Assembly (NCBI GenBank): GCA_023267435.1
Contig: JAHFNH010000002.1
Span: 4,219-68,218, forward strand
Length of the DNA: 64,000 bases
Reading direction: 5' to 3'
DNA from: Candidatus Nomurabacteria bacterium
GTDB taxonomy: Bacteria > Patescibacteriota > Minisyncoccia > Phycocordibacterales > UBA9973
Under the pieces are notes generated by a model that saw only the letters and a list, made by a program, of their open reading frames with translations, did no database searches and had not been told where the DNA came from. Position numbers and translations under genes: made by a program. This document shows, piece after piece, positions 39,827-49,519 of this stretch. The number at the start of each line of letters is the position of its first letter. The first letter of the stretch is position 1.

Positions 39827-41056
39827 CTATAAGCGTTCTTTTTCTTCTTCTTCTATTCTTTCTAGTGCTAAGATAAAAGCTGCACGGCGCAGATCTGTTT
39901 TGAGCGAGTTTGCTTTTTCGTAAATTTCCAACGCCTCGTTAACCATGATTGTTTTTAATTTCGCAAAAACATCAATTTCATTCCAATGCTCGCCTTTTAG
40001 ATTTTGTTCCCATTCAAAAGTTGAGACCGTAACTCCTCCGGCATTTGCAAGGATATCTGGAATAACTGAAATACCGCGTCCAAACAAAATATCATCAGCT
40101 TCTGGAGTAGTTGGGCCGTTAGCAAGCTCCATGACAAGTTTCGTTTTTATATCATTAGCATTTTTCTCTGTAATCTGGCTTTCCATTGCGGCAGGAATAA
40201 GAACATCGCATTCCAGGATTAGAAGTTCATTGTTGGATATTTTTCTAGATCCCGGGAATCCTTCAATTTTTCCATTTACTTTTTTATACTCGTTTAGTGC
40301 ATTTATATCAATTCCATCTTCTTTTAAAATTGCTCCATCTACTTCTGAGATAGCTATTATTTTATGTCCATTTTGAAATAAAATATTTGCAGCATTTCCC
40401 CCAACATTTCCAAATCCTTGAATTACAATCTTACAAGATTCGGGTAAATGTAATTTACTGCGAAGTGTATCAAAAACATAAAATCCTCCGAGTCCTGTAG
40501 CTGGACCCCTGCCTTCTGATCCGCCAGCTTCTATCGGTTTTCCAGTAAATGTCGCATTTGTTTTATCGCCAGTAATTTTTACATATTCATCAGCCATCCA
40601 AGCCATAATTTCCGGAGTCGTATTCATATCAGGCGCTGGCACGTCTATTTTTGGACCAATATCTCTTGCCATCATTTTTACCCAACCACGTGAAAGTTTT
40701 TCTATTTCACCTTTTGATAATTCTCTTGGGTCAACAGTCACACCGCCTTTACCACCACCCATCGGAATGTTTACCACAGCGCATTTGAGCGCCATCCAAA
40801 ATGCCAACGCTTTAACTTCATTAATATCAGTATCTTTGTGGTATCTAATACCACCTTTGTATGGACCACGGGCATTATTGTATTGAACACGATAACCCTC
40901 AAAAACCTTTAAAGAGCCATTATCCATAGTTATTGGAATAGATATTCTAATTTCACGTTCTGGTTGTGTTAGAAGTGAAATAAATTCAGGGTTAAATTGT
41001 TTTACTTTTGTAGCTCTTTCGAGCTGATTCATTGCATTTTGAAATGGATTATTCAT
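39827..41056 (-). CDS. gdhA: Glu/Leu/Phe/Val dehydrogenase (glutamate dehydrogenase)
   Basis: GPYKGGIR, GGGKGG, VPAPD, QGFGNVG, NAGGV. Confidence 0.9.
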   Translation of the reverse strand: MNNPFQNAMNQLERATKVKQFNPEFISLLTQPEREIRISIPITMDNGSLKVFEGYRVQYNNARGPYKGGIRYHKDTDINEVKALAFWMALKCAVVNIPMGGGKGGVTVDPRELSKGEIEKLSRGWVKMMARDIGPKIDVPAPDMNTTPEIMAWMADEYVKITGDKTNATFTGKPIEAGGSEGRGPATGLGGFYVFDTLRSKLHLPESCKIVIQGFGNVGGNAANILFQNGHKIIAISEVDGAILKEDGIDINALNEYKKVNGKIEGFPGSRKISNNELLILECDVLIPAAMESQITEKNANDIKTKLVMELANGPTTPEADDILFGRGISVIPDILANAGGVTVSTFEWEQNLKGEHWNEIDVFAKLKTIMVNEALEIYEKANSLKTDLRRAAFILALERIEEEEKERL

Positions 41057-41141
41057 AGATATTTTTATTAATTATTTTAATAGAAATATCATATACTTTC
41101 TTTATGAAGCTGCCATGAAGATAAATTTAAAAATAAAAAAG

Positions 41142-43514
41142 TTAAATAACTTTTAAAGTTTGTAGTTTGTCGTTGGGGTTTAGTAATTTCATTTTGAAAA
41201 ACCAATGACTAATACTATATTGAGCAAGAGCGTAAAGAATAGTGAGCGGTATTATTTCTATAATATTATGTAATGATGCGCTTTCTAGATTGTAAAAATT
41301 AGCGATGAATGGGATTTTAAAGAAAAGAATAATAAATATAAATTCAACTACAATAAGCAGGAAAAATTGTTTTTTCTTGTTTTTTGTAGTTGGTCTACCA
41401 AATACGTTGGGTGTATACATAAAAAATATAACTCCTAGAATAATGAACGAGAGTACCACAAGACTTGTCGGACCATGGTTTTTCATATACTCAAAGCTTT
41501 CATAAAATGCAAAAATAGCGACCAGTGCCTGAGGAATAGCCGATATGAGTGTAAAAGGAATTACTTTTCGCAAAAAAGATTTATTATAATCCACGACACT
41601 ATTTTTAATAGGTCGAATAATCCAATAAAAAACAAGAAGTGATGGCAGGCCTACAGTAAAATAATTAATAAAAGTTATATTGAGTGGAGTAAATGGAAAT
41701 GAATGACTTGTTATCGCGACAATTATAAAAAAGAAAAAAGTTACGAATACTTGATTGAAAATAACACTAGCGCATATTTCAAGATTTTGAATTATACTAT
41801 CAGCAAGTTTTACGCCATTTGGCAGATCAGAGAAACTATTTTTTACCAATACCACTGAAGCAACTTGTCGAGTAGCTTGCGCACCGTCAAATAAGGCAAT
41901 ACCTAGATCGGCTTTTTTAATAGCTAGTGCGTCGTTTGCACCGTCACCTACCATTGCTGTAAAACCATCTTGTTTTAAGATTTCAATTATTTTTTCTTTT
42001 TGTTCAGGTTTTATTCTCGCAAATATAGTATATTTATGAATATTTTTTAAGAAATCAATATATGTCCAAGTTTCTAATTCAGCACCCGTTATAACATTTT
42101 GATAGTTATTTATACCAACTGCAGCAGCGACAGCTTGAACAGTTTTAGGATTATCACCGGAAATAATTCTGATTGTTACACCTCGTGCTTGAAAGAATTG
42201 TATGGCTTCTTTAACTCCTTCGCGAAGATTGTTGTTGAGTACAAATATAGATATGGCCTTCAATTTAATTCCGGAAAGATTTTTAGGTAAAACATTTAAA
42301 TCCGATCCGACAAAACAGATAAGTCGTTTACCGATTTTTGCTTCAGTTTCTATGAATTTTTGTACCCATGCTTTGTCTTCTTCTTTTGATAAATATGGCA
42401 AGAAAAGATCGGGTGCTCCAGCCAATACGACACGCTCGCCAAAATCATCCTTTATATGAACAGCTCCAAACTGGAGCGATGAAGAAAAAGTCAGATCATC
42501 TATCGTGGTGCCTAAATACTCGCTTGTAAACATTTTCTTTATAGCTCTAATAGTTTGAGATGAATCCCCTGTACTTTTAATGTATGCAGCGATAGATTCT
42601 TTGACAAATTTTTCACTTAGATCTGATATATTATGCATATGTTCAACGATCAAGTTATTATCGGTCAATGTTCCAGTCTTATCCATACAAAGATTTTTAA
42701 TTCTGCCAATTTTCTCAGTAGCGTTTATTTCTTGAAGCAATACATTTCTGCGATAAAGATGAGTTGCACCATATGAATAAACAAGTGTAACAATCACCAC
42801 CATACCTTGTGGTAAAAGAGCACTCGTTAACGCTCCTATATTTCGGATAATATCTACTGTAGATTCATGAATTAAAAAACCTCTACCGATAACAAAAAGA
42901 ATTATGAGCATAAGCACATAACCGGTGTATTTAATAACCATACTGATAGATTCCTGAATTGGACTTTGTATTAAAGAATATTTTTTTATATCCTTTGTCA
43001 TAAGAGAAATTCTACTTTCAGCAAATATTTTTTCAACTTCCAAAACGCCTAATCCTGATGTGATAATACTTCCAGCTAGTACATGATCATTAGGTTTCTT
43101 TAGAAATGTCGTAGGTTCACCTGTAATTAGTGCTTCATTTACTCCAAATCCATGCGAAGACGCCAAGATACCATCACAAGGTACTTGGTCTCCTGTTTTG
43201 AGTTTAATTTTATCTTTTTCTTTTATTTCTTCAATAAGAACAACTGATTCGGTACCGTTTTTGTTAATTCTGATTACTCTGGGAGCAGCCAGTAATTGCA
43301 ATTTTTCAAGAGTTAACCATGCATTAATTTCCTGAACACATCCAATGATGATATTTAATAAAGCAATTAATCCAAGAAACATTCCTTCTTGAGTGTCTCC
43401 AAATGTCGTAAGGAGAATTACAACAGAAAAAATAATTCCATTTACAAGAAGGAAGACATTACGATAAATAATATTTATAACAGTATTTAGTTTACTTAAA
43501 CGGATTTTGTCCAC
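41142..43514 (-). CDS. P-type cation-transporting ATPase
   Basis: TGE, DKTGTLT, SGD, GDGAND. Confidence 0.92.
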   Translation of the reverse strand: MDKIRLSKLNTVINIIYRNVFLLVNGIIFSVVILLTTFGDTQEGMFLGLIALLNIIIGCVQEINAWLTLEKLQLLAAPRVIRINKNGTESVVLIEEIKEKDKIKLKTGDQVPCDGILASSHGFGVNEALITGEPTTFLKKPNDHVLAGSIITSGLGVLEVEKIFAESRISLMTKDIKKYSLIQSPIQESISMVIKYTGYVLMLIILFVIGRGFLIHESTVDIIRNIGALTSALLPQGMVVIVTLVYSYGATHLYRRNVLLQEINATEKIGRIKNLCMDKTGTLTDNNLIVEHMHNISDLSEKFVKESIAAYIKSTGDSSQTIRAIKKMFTSEYLGTTIDDLTFSSSLQFGAVHIKDDFGERVVLAGAPDLFLPYLSKEEDKAWVQKFIETEAKIGKRLICFVGSDLNVLPKNLSGIKLKAISIFVLNNNLREGVKEAIQFFQARGVTIRIISGDNPKTVQAVAAAVGINNYQNVITGAELETWTYIDFLKNIHKYTIFARIKPEQKEKIIEILKQDGFTAMVGDGANDALAIKKADLGIALFDGAQATRQVASVVLVKNSFSDLPNGVKLADSIIQNLEICASVIFNQVFVTFFFFIIVAITSHSFPFTPLNITFINYFTVGLPSLLVFYWIIRPIKNSVVDYNKSFLRKVIPFTLISAIPQALVAIFAFYESFEYMKNHGPTSLVVLSFIILGVIFFMYTPNVFGRPTTKNKKKQFFLLIVVEFIFIILFFKIPFIANFYNLESASLHNIIEIIPLTILYALAQYSISHWFFKMKLLNPNDKLQTLKVI

Positions 43515-43644
43515 GGATGATACGAATTAAGAATAGGATAACAGCTAAGACAAGAAGAATATGAATAAATCCACCTAAAACATGAAATCCAATAAAACCA
43601 ACAACCCATAAAACAAATAAGATAATTGCAATTAATGTAAGCAT
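43492..43644 (-). CDS. lmo0937/DUF5670-family small membrane protein (50 aa, not in the ORF track)
   Basis: Hand translation MLTLIAIILFVLWVVGFIGFHVLGGFIHILLVLAVILFLIRIIRGQNPFK*. Confidence 0.85.
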   Translation of the reverse strand: MLTLIAIILFVLWVVGFIGFHVLGGFIHILLVLAVILFLIRIIRGQNPFK

Positions 43645-43682
43645 ATAAATATAATATTAGATAATAAATTATTAATAAAAAA

Positions 43683-43868
43683 TTACTTTTTGGTTTTTTC
43701 CTTGATTACTTTGGTATTTTTAAAATACTCTACAACACCCCAAATTAGAGCTATAACACCTATAATTTTTAAAACAAAACCTATAACACCTATACTGACC
43801 AGAATATTTAGTCCTAGACAAATTCCGGCAGTTATTAATAAAACTTGATAAGAAGGCGATTTTTTCAT
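43683..43868 (-). CDS. Small membrane protein
   Basis: 61 aa, two hydrophobic segments. Confidence 0.6.
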   Translation of the reverse strand: MKKSPSYQVLLITAGICLGLNILVSIGVIGFVLKIIGVIALIWGVVEYFKNTKVIKEKTKK

Positions 43869-44005
43869 ATTTTTAAATTAAAATTAACTAATAATAAATG
43901 TTGCATAAATTATAACATATTTGCGCAAACTGACATATTTTTTTAGGGATAATTTATAAAAAACAAAAAGCCATATCTGTATAAGATATGGCTTTAAAAC
44001 TAATT

Positions 44006-44497
44006 TTAACTAACAATTTTTTTACCTAAAACAATATACATCCTATCTGGTATATGAGTAACTGAATGGTTTGAACTATTAAGGTGTCCTTCATTATTCT
44101 CTGATACGAAATATGGGACAGCTGCATGTTTCCAATAATCTTCAAGAGACAATATTCTATTTGGAGACAAAATCCAAGAATCTTTTGGTAATTCTTTATT
44201 ATTATTTAAAAATAATAAAGCGATACCTTTTACTCCAGTAAGAATATATCCTTCATCTTTAGCTTCCAATAGGAATTTATATGTAGGACATATTTCTTGC
44301 TTTACTTTAAAAATAAAGAAATCAATTTTTCCTTCAAAATCTTGTTCCAGGGGGAAATTTTGATCATTCACGCCATTCGTAATTGAGCGTAAATTTTTTC
44401 CGTGTTTTTCAATAAATTCGTTTATTGAAAAACCAGGTTCAACGCGTAATGTAATATTTTTTATACATTCGAGCGAGTATCTTTCTAGTAGATTCAT
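44006..44497 (-). CDS. Orphan protein in cassette
   Basis: TTGACA(44575, minus)-17-TATTTT; terminator at 43965-43995. Confidence 0.7.
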   Translation of the reverse strand: MNLLERYSLECIKNITLRVEPGFSINEFIEKHGKNLRSITNGVNDQNFPLEQDFEGKIDFFIFKVKQEICPTYKFLLEAKDEGYILTGVKGIALLFLNNNKELPKDSWILSPNRILSLEDYWKHAAVPYFVSENNEGHLNSSNHSVTHIPDRMYIVLGKKIVS

Positions 44498-44575
44498 TTT
44501 ATGTAGGTTTTAAGTTGTTTAAGAACTAAATAGTTTATTTAATTTAAAAATAACAATAAAAAATATGTTTGTCAA

Positions 44576-44929
44576 TTAGAAACCTGAAGCTCGAGTCGTC
44601 GCGTCTAAATCTATTTCTCTAGCATAATCTTTAGTTGTTATGAGCTCTTTTAAGAGCACATATAGATCTGTTAGTTCAGAGTTTACCTTATTAGATTCTA
44701 AAAATATTCCAAGCTCTGGAGTAATTCTTTGTTTGGTTATAATTTCTTCTATTTTTTCAGCTTCTGTTCCATTAAAAAATGTTTGGTAGTTTTTCAAAGT
44801 ATCTTCGATATTGTATTTAGTTTTGTATAACTCATCCGATTTTAACAACTCTAAATTACCTAATGAAAGCATTTTGCTCACACTTTGATAATGAGATAAT
44901 AGTTTTCTTACCAATTCTTGATCTGTCAT
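44576..44929 (-). CDS. Hypothetical protein
   Basis: 117 aa; TAGAAT 9 nt upstream (core-type promoter). Confidence 0.65.
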   Translation of the reverse strand: MTDQELVRKLLSHYQSVSKMLSLGNLELLKSDELYKTKYNIEDTLKNYQTFFNGTEAEKIEEIITKQRITPELGIFLESNKVNSELTDLYVLLKELITTKDYAREIDLDATTRASGF

Positions 44930-45021
44930 ACAGAAAACTATTCTAACATTTTTAAATAAAAATTACCGCAATAAAAAATAAAAAAACACCTAACATAATA
45001 TCAGGTGTTTTTAATGCTTAC

Positions 45022-45510
45022 TTAAATTTTTGACAATAAAAATTTGTAACAATTTTCAATGATTTCGGTGTCCTTTACACTATTGAAAGAAATTCCCTCC
45101 GTGCTGATGTAAAAATGAAAAGAATGTTCATTATCAACAATCCCCTTATTAAACAAAAATACGGAGATTTTTTTAACTGAGCCGTTCATTGAATCTTCCC
45201 CATTTTTGCCGATCTTAATTGTGGTCATCATATACTTATTTTTATTCTCGTCAAAGAAAGAATAAGTGCGAGCGCATGGACCCATTCCGTCAGGTATTTT
45301 TCCATTTTTTTCAACATAAGTTAAAAATTTTTCAAATTTTTCTTTACCTACAAGGATTTGTGGTTGTGGTCCAGAAGTATTGATATCAATACTAGGTTTT
45401 TTAATGTTTATGTGGGTATTATCAGCAGAAACATTTTGGTCTTCTTTTTGTGAACAATTTGTCAAAACAAGAGACATAAAAATTACGATTGAAATTAAGA
45501 TTCTTCTCAT
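45022..45510 (-). CDS. Orphan lipoprotein in cassette
   Basis: Signal peptide with LTNC lipobox-like site; TTGACA(45658)-17-TACTAT; terminator at 44980-45012. Confidence 0.7.
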   Translation of the reverse strand: MRRILISIVIFMSLVLTNCSQKEDQNVSADNTHINIKKPSIDINTSGPQPQILVGKEKFEKFLTYVEKNGKIPDGMGPCARTYSFFDENKNKYMMTTIKIGKNGEDSMNGSVKKISVFLFNKGIVDNEHSFHFYISTEGISFNSVKDTEIIENCYKFLLSKI

Positions 45511-45735
45511 TGTGTTTATTTTTTGGTTTAGTTTATGTATTTGTTAGGTCATTTCTAGTTCCTTAAAGAAACAGAAATAACCCAACAAATCAAAACCAAA
45601 ATTTAATGTAAAGAACTTTTACTTTTCATATAGTATAATATATACATTGATTTGTCAAATAATAATCATTTATATAGATGAAATATATTCATTGTTGGTA
45701 AAAAACAAAAAAACACCCCTGATAATAAGGGATGT

Positions 45736-46179
45736 TTAATTACTGATTAGATTCAAAATATCATTTGATAACTCTGGGTCATCGATGTATCTTAAATCTC
45801 TGATCAACCTGGTTTTGTAGTTTTCAATGATTTTTTGCGGTGTTTTTAAAAAAGCGACAAAAGTTTCTTGCTCTCTTAAAAACAATTCTCTGTATCTTAG
45901 ATCATTTTGAAGCCTTCGTCCTATAATATAATCTTCTTCACTCGTTTGATTATCAAAATACTCGGCTGAAGTAGGAATTTCATAAAGAGAATGATCTTCA
46001 TCATAAAATTCTTCTGAGCTTAAATAATCTTTGAGTTCCCCACTTGCTTCGTTCCATGCTTTATGTGCCTCGTCTACTACTTTTTGTTTAAAGTAAGGTT
46101 CAAGTAAAACATAATACAAAGTTACAAACATAATTATAAAATACAAAACTGTCGATACCTCTTGTAATATAAAAAACAT
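45736..46179 (-). CDS. Orphan single-TM protein in cassette
   Basis: TTGACT(46246)-16-TAATCT, AGGAGG SD, terminator at 45709-45737. Confidence 0.7.
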   Translation of the reverse strand: MFFILQEVSTVLYFIIMFVTLYYVLLEPYFKQKVVDEAHKAWNEASGELKDYLSSEEFYDEDHSLYEIPTSAEYFDNQTSEEDYIIGRRLQNDLRYRELFLREQETFVAFLKTPQKIIENYKTRLIRDLRYIDDPELSNDILNLISN

Positions 46180-46324
46180 AGTTGCCTCCTTTTTTAAAGT
46201 TTAACTAATTCTATTTAAAGATTACCATAATAATGGTATTAGTCAATGAAGTTTGTGTGAATAAAAAAACCCCCTCATAACATATATAAGGGGGTTGGAC
46301 ACTAGAGAGAAACGGCAACAACTT

Positions 46325-46630
46325 TCATTGGTCTTTGAGTAGTTCTTTCATGGAATTGATTTGTAAAAAAGGTATAAGTTCAATTTTTAAAGCCACCTCT
46401 ATCTTACTTATTTCAATCAAAGAAAAATTATGTGACCCTGAAGTCCAGTATGAAAGTTTTCTGGGAGTAGTCTTTAATTTATTCGCCATTGTTTTTTCGT
46501 CAATTTTATTTTGACTCATGTAATGGTTTATTAAAGAAGCAATATTCGAGGAATGTGCGGTTTGAACGCATCCTACTTGGTCTTTTTTAGCTTCTGCTAA
46601 TATGTTTTCAAAACGAGTGCTGTTGTTCAT
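46325..46630 (-). CDS. Xre/HigA-like HTH protein in cassette
   Basis: MANKL..T...LS.W.SG.HNFSL.EI.KIE.AL. Confidence 0.75.
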   Translation of the reverse strand: MNNSTRFENILAEAKKDQVGCVQTAHSSNIASLINHYMSQNKIDEKTMANKLKTTPRKLSYWTSGSHNFSLIEISKIEVALKIELIPFLQINSMKELLKDQ

Positions 46631-46680
46631 TTTTGCAGGTTTTTAGTGTTAGACATTTATTTCAAGTAACTAAATCTTTT

Positions 46681-46717
46681 TATCACATTACCAAATATCC
46701 GTTGACTCGTCAATGTT
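46681..46717. repeat. Promoter core copy 4 (right half truncated)
   Basis: ACATTACCAAATATCCGTTGACTCGTCAATG, palindrome at 46702-46713. Confidence 0.75.
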
Positions 46718-46772
46718 GAAATAAAAAAGCACCTCAGTTATATCGAGATGCTTTTTATTTAATTCTTTGTGA

Positions 46773-47297
46773 TCAACTTATTAATTTTTCAATAAATTCT
46801 TTTTTGAAAACAATTGCGTAATCACGATTTTCAAACCAATGATCTGTGGCTTCAAATGGTCTTAAAACTGGAATTTTATCGCTAAATATTTGATATTCAA
46901 AACAAAGAATATTTAAATACTTTTCATCATTAATTGGTGTCGCCATCGAACCAAAAAAGTTGATTGTATTTAATTTATTTGGATTATGAATACCTCCTAT
47001 TTCATTCCACCATTTTGATTTTAACTCTATTAATATTTCACGATCTTCCAATATTGCCCTTGCGCAAAATACATCAAGTGGAATATGTTTCTCATCTATT
47101 ACTTGCTGTCTGAATTCTAATCCAGTAACAAATCGTTTTTTAACAGGAATAAAACACGTATCATCAAGTGTAAAAGGAATGTGCCAAATAAAATTCATTA
47201 ATTGGTATTGTTTTAAAATAAAGAAATCTCCATACTCATCAGTAATCTTATTACTAAAAGTAAAAGGTTTGTCTGTATTGATAACTATTTTTTTCAT
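46773..47297 (-). CDS. Orphan protein in cassette
   Basis: TTGACT(47371)-17-TATTAT; start set at ATG 47297; terminator at 46723-46757. Confidence 0.7.
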   Translation of the reverse strand: MKKIVINTDKPFTFSNKITDEYGDFFILKQYQLMNFIWHIPFTLDDTCFIPVKKRFVTGLEFRQQVIDEKHIPLDVFCARAILEDREILIELKSKWWNEIGGIHNPNKLNTINFFGSMATPINDEKYLNILCFEYQIFSDKIPVLRPFEATDHWFENRDYAIVFKKEFIEKLIS

Positions 47298-47429
47298 TTT
47301 ATTAAGTTTTAGAGTATTTATCAAAGATCTATGCTTGTTTGTATAATAAAATTATTATACACAAAAGTCAATTTCTGACCTAAAGTTTTACTACTAGACA
47401 AGACCTAGTCGATTAAAATAAGGTTTAAA

Positions 47430-48092
47430 TTACCAAGCCATTTTCTCCCCTTTGAACCAAAATTGTCCAGTTTCAACTTTTGATATAGCTAAATCATAAA
47501 TATAACCAGCTGATTCTTCGGTGGTCATAGGTGCGTCACTACCACCCATATCTGTTTTTACCCAGCCAGGGTGATATGAGGATACAGTTATTTTATCTTT
47601 CAAGTGAATAGCCAGTGTTCGAGTATACATATTGAGTGCAGTTTTTGAAATTCTGTAACTTGGATATTCATCGTCATCTATTTCTTGAGTCTTAGCCAGA
47701 GATCCAGCCGAAGACGCAGCATTTAATATATGAGCTCCAATACTAAGAACAGAAATAATTTGTTCTGTAAAAGTAATAGTTCCAATTAAATTTACTTCAA
47801 GTGTTTTTCTTAAATTTTCTATATTTACTGTGTTGAAATTTCTATCAACAAGAATTCCAGCATTATTAATTAAAATATCTATTTTTTTATTTAAAAATTT
47901 AATTTCATTAACACACTCTGTGATACTTTCCGAGTTTGATAAATCTATCTTAACAATTTTTAGATTGTCACTTTTAATATCAGAATTTCCATCAGTAGAA
48001 GTTCCGATCACATAATGACCTTCTTTTAAAAACTTTTCTGTCAGAGCTTTTCCTATTCCTCTACTAACTCCTGTTATTAATACTGTTTTCAT
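47430..48092 (-). CDS. Short-chain dehydrogenase/reductase
   Basis: TGVSRGIG, NNAG, YRISK, HPGWVKTDMGG. Confidence 0.93.
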   Translation of the reverse strand: MKTVLITGVSRGIGKALTEKFLKEGHYVIGTSTDGNSDIKSDNLKIVKIDLSNSESITECVNEIKFLNKKIDILINNAGILVDRNFNTVNIENLRKTLEVNLIGTITFTEQIISVLSIGAHILNAASSAGSLAKTQEIDDDEYPSYRISKTALNMYTRTLAIHLKDKITVSSYHPGWVKTDMGGSDAPMTTEESAGYIYDLAISKVETGQFWFKGEKMAW

Positions 48093-48140
48093 AATTATGT
48101 ATTATATCAAAAATTGTTTCTGGATGTTGAACATACGGAA

Positions 48141-48236
48141 ACATATTACCAAAGATTCGTTGACTCGTCAATGTTTTTGTGATATTGTTCAGGTAAATAA
48201 TTTCTGAGTATAAACCGAGCAATTGCTCATTAAAAA
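48141..48236. repeat. Promoter core copy 5
   Basis: ATTACCAAAGATTCGTTGACTCGTCAATGTTTTTGTGATATTGT, palindrome at 48160-48171. Confidence 0.8.
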
Positions 48237-48245
48237 TATAATATT

Positions 48246-48911
48246 ATGAGAAGAGAAAGAATTAATAACTTTATGGAACTTTATTTCCCTGGAATTAAGG
48301 AGTGGCATTCGAAGCCGATTTTTAAATTTTATTTTGAATTTGAATTTAATGGAGTAAAAAATATATCTGCAACAGCCTATTTTTTCTGCATTCATCATGT
48401 TACAGATGTTTACAACGATGAATGGGAAATAAAATCTGATGATATATTTTTAGATCTCATGGGTAAAATTTATTTATTAAAAAATATTACAACTAATTAT
48501 GATATGGAAATAATATTTAATGGGTATCAAAGAAGTTTTAAATATTTTTACGAAGAAGAAAAAGTGCAAATTGGTTACAGTATAAATAGCAAAAGTGGGA
48601 CGAATTTAAAACCATTTGATACCTTTGACATTCCGAAATCTAAATGGAAATTAGTTAAACTCTTATTAGAAATAACTGAACTCCCTAAAGGATCTGAACC
48701 AGAAGAAATAAGAAAATTACTTATAGGAGAAAAGTTTCCTCTCAGTACTTGTTGTAATCTGGCTTATAGAAAGGATGGGTGTATTTTTATTCCACGAGGA
48801 GATGTTGTTGAAACATTAGAAAAATCTGGGAAAAATGAAAGTGCTGATTATTATCATAATCAAAATAAAGATTATATTTCTTTCAATTCCGGGTGCTATA
48901 AATTATTATAA
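48246..48911 (+). CDS. Orphan protein in cassette
   Basis: 221 aa; terminator at 48920-48956. Confidence 0.7.
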   Translation: MRRERINNFMELYFPGIKEWHSKPIFKFYFEFEFNGVKNISATAYFFCIHHVTDVYNDEWEIKSDDIFLDLMGKIYLLKNITTNYDMEIIFNGYQRSFKYFYEEEKVQIGYSINSKSGTNLKPFDTFDIPKSKWKLVKLLLEITELPKGSEPEEIRKLLIGEKFPLSTCCNLAYRKDGCIFIPRGDVVETLEKSGKNESADYYHNQNKDYISFNSGCYKLL

Positions 48912-49018
48912 AAAAAGCCAAAAAGCTGATAACTATATCGTTGTCAGCTTTTTTTATTTCTTAAAAATAAAAAAACGCCCAACATTGTTGGACGTTAATT
49001 GTGATTTTGTTTCAAGAT

Positions 49019-49519
49019 TTATTCAGATGGCACTATAAACTTGTGCAGTTCATCTATGTTTATCATAAGATATTTGTATTGTTTGCAAAACGTAATACTT
49101 TTAATAAATTTCTCTTTATTAAGGAGAATCTTAATAGCTTCAGACAAAGACCCACTAAGATAATCAAGGCTTTTTAGTTCATCGATTGTACCGCTACTGC
49201 TTAGTAAAACATTTTCAATATCTTCAAGGTAAGCCTGAGCACTGTCTACTTTCTTTAAATCAATTGCTTCATAGACTGAGTCAGATTTCAAACGATTAGC
49301 ATTAGATTTAAATAATTCTAATTGTTTTTTTAAATCTTTATTGGTTTTCTTGTAAGTTTTAAGCCAATTTTTAAACTCAGGAGAATCAACTGATAAAGTT
49401 TTTTTCTTGTAGTTTAATTGTGTTAAAGAATCCTGGGCAACCAATGAAGTCTCCTGGGAATAAACCATCTTTACATACAATGTAAGACAGATTACGAAAA
49501 ATAGTTTTATCGCTTTCAT
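49019..49519 (-). CDS. Orphan secreted protein in cassette
   Basis: MKAIKLFFVICL...SQ signal peptide from ATG 49519; TTGACT(49668)-16-TATACT. Confidence 0.7.
   Translation of the reverse strand: MKAIKLFFVICLTLYVKMVYSQETSLVAQDSLTQLNYKKKTLSVDSPEFKNWLKTYKKTNKDLKKQLELFKSNANRLKSDSVYEAIDLKKVDSAQAYLEDIENVLLSSSGTIDELKSLDYLSGSLSEAIKILLNKEKFIKSITFCKQYKYLMINIDELHKFIVPSE

Noticed and set aside
44988-45000. TAACATAA resembling a XerD arm
   Set aside because: Lies in a terminator loop with no XerC arm at dif spacing.
47385-47412. Short palindromes ACTAGACAAGACCTAGT here and ATGTTGAACAT near 48124
   Set aside because: Too short and single-copy in this window to support a REP call.
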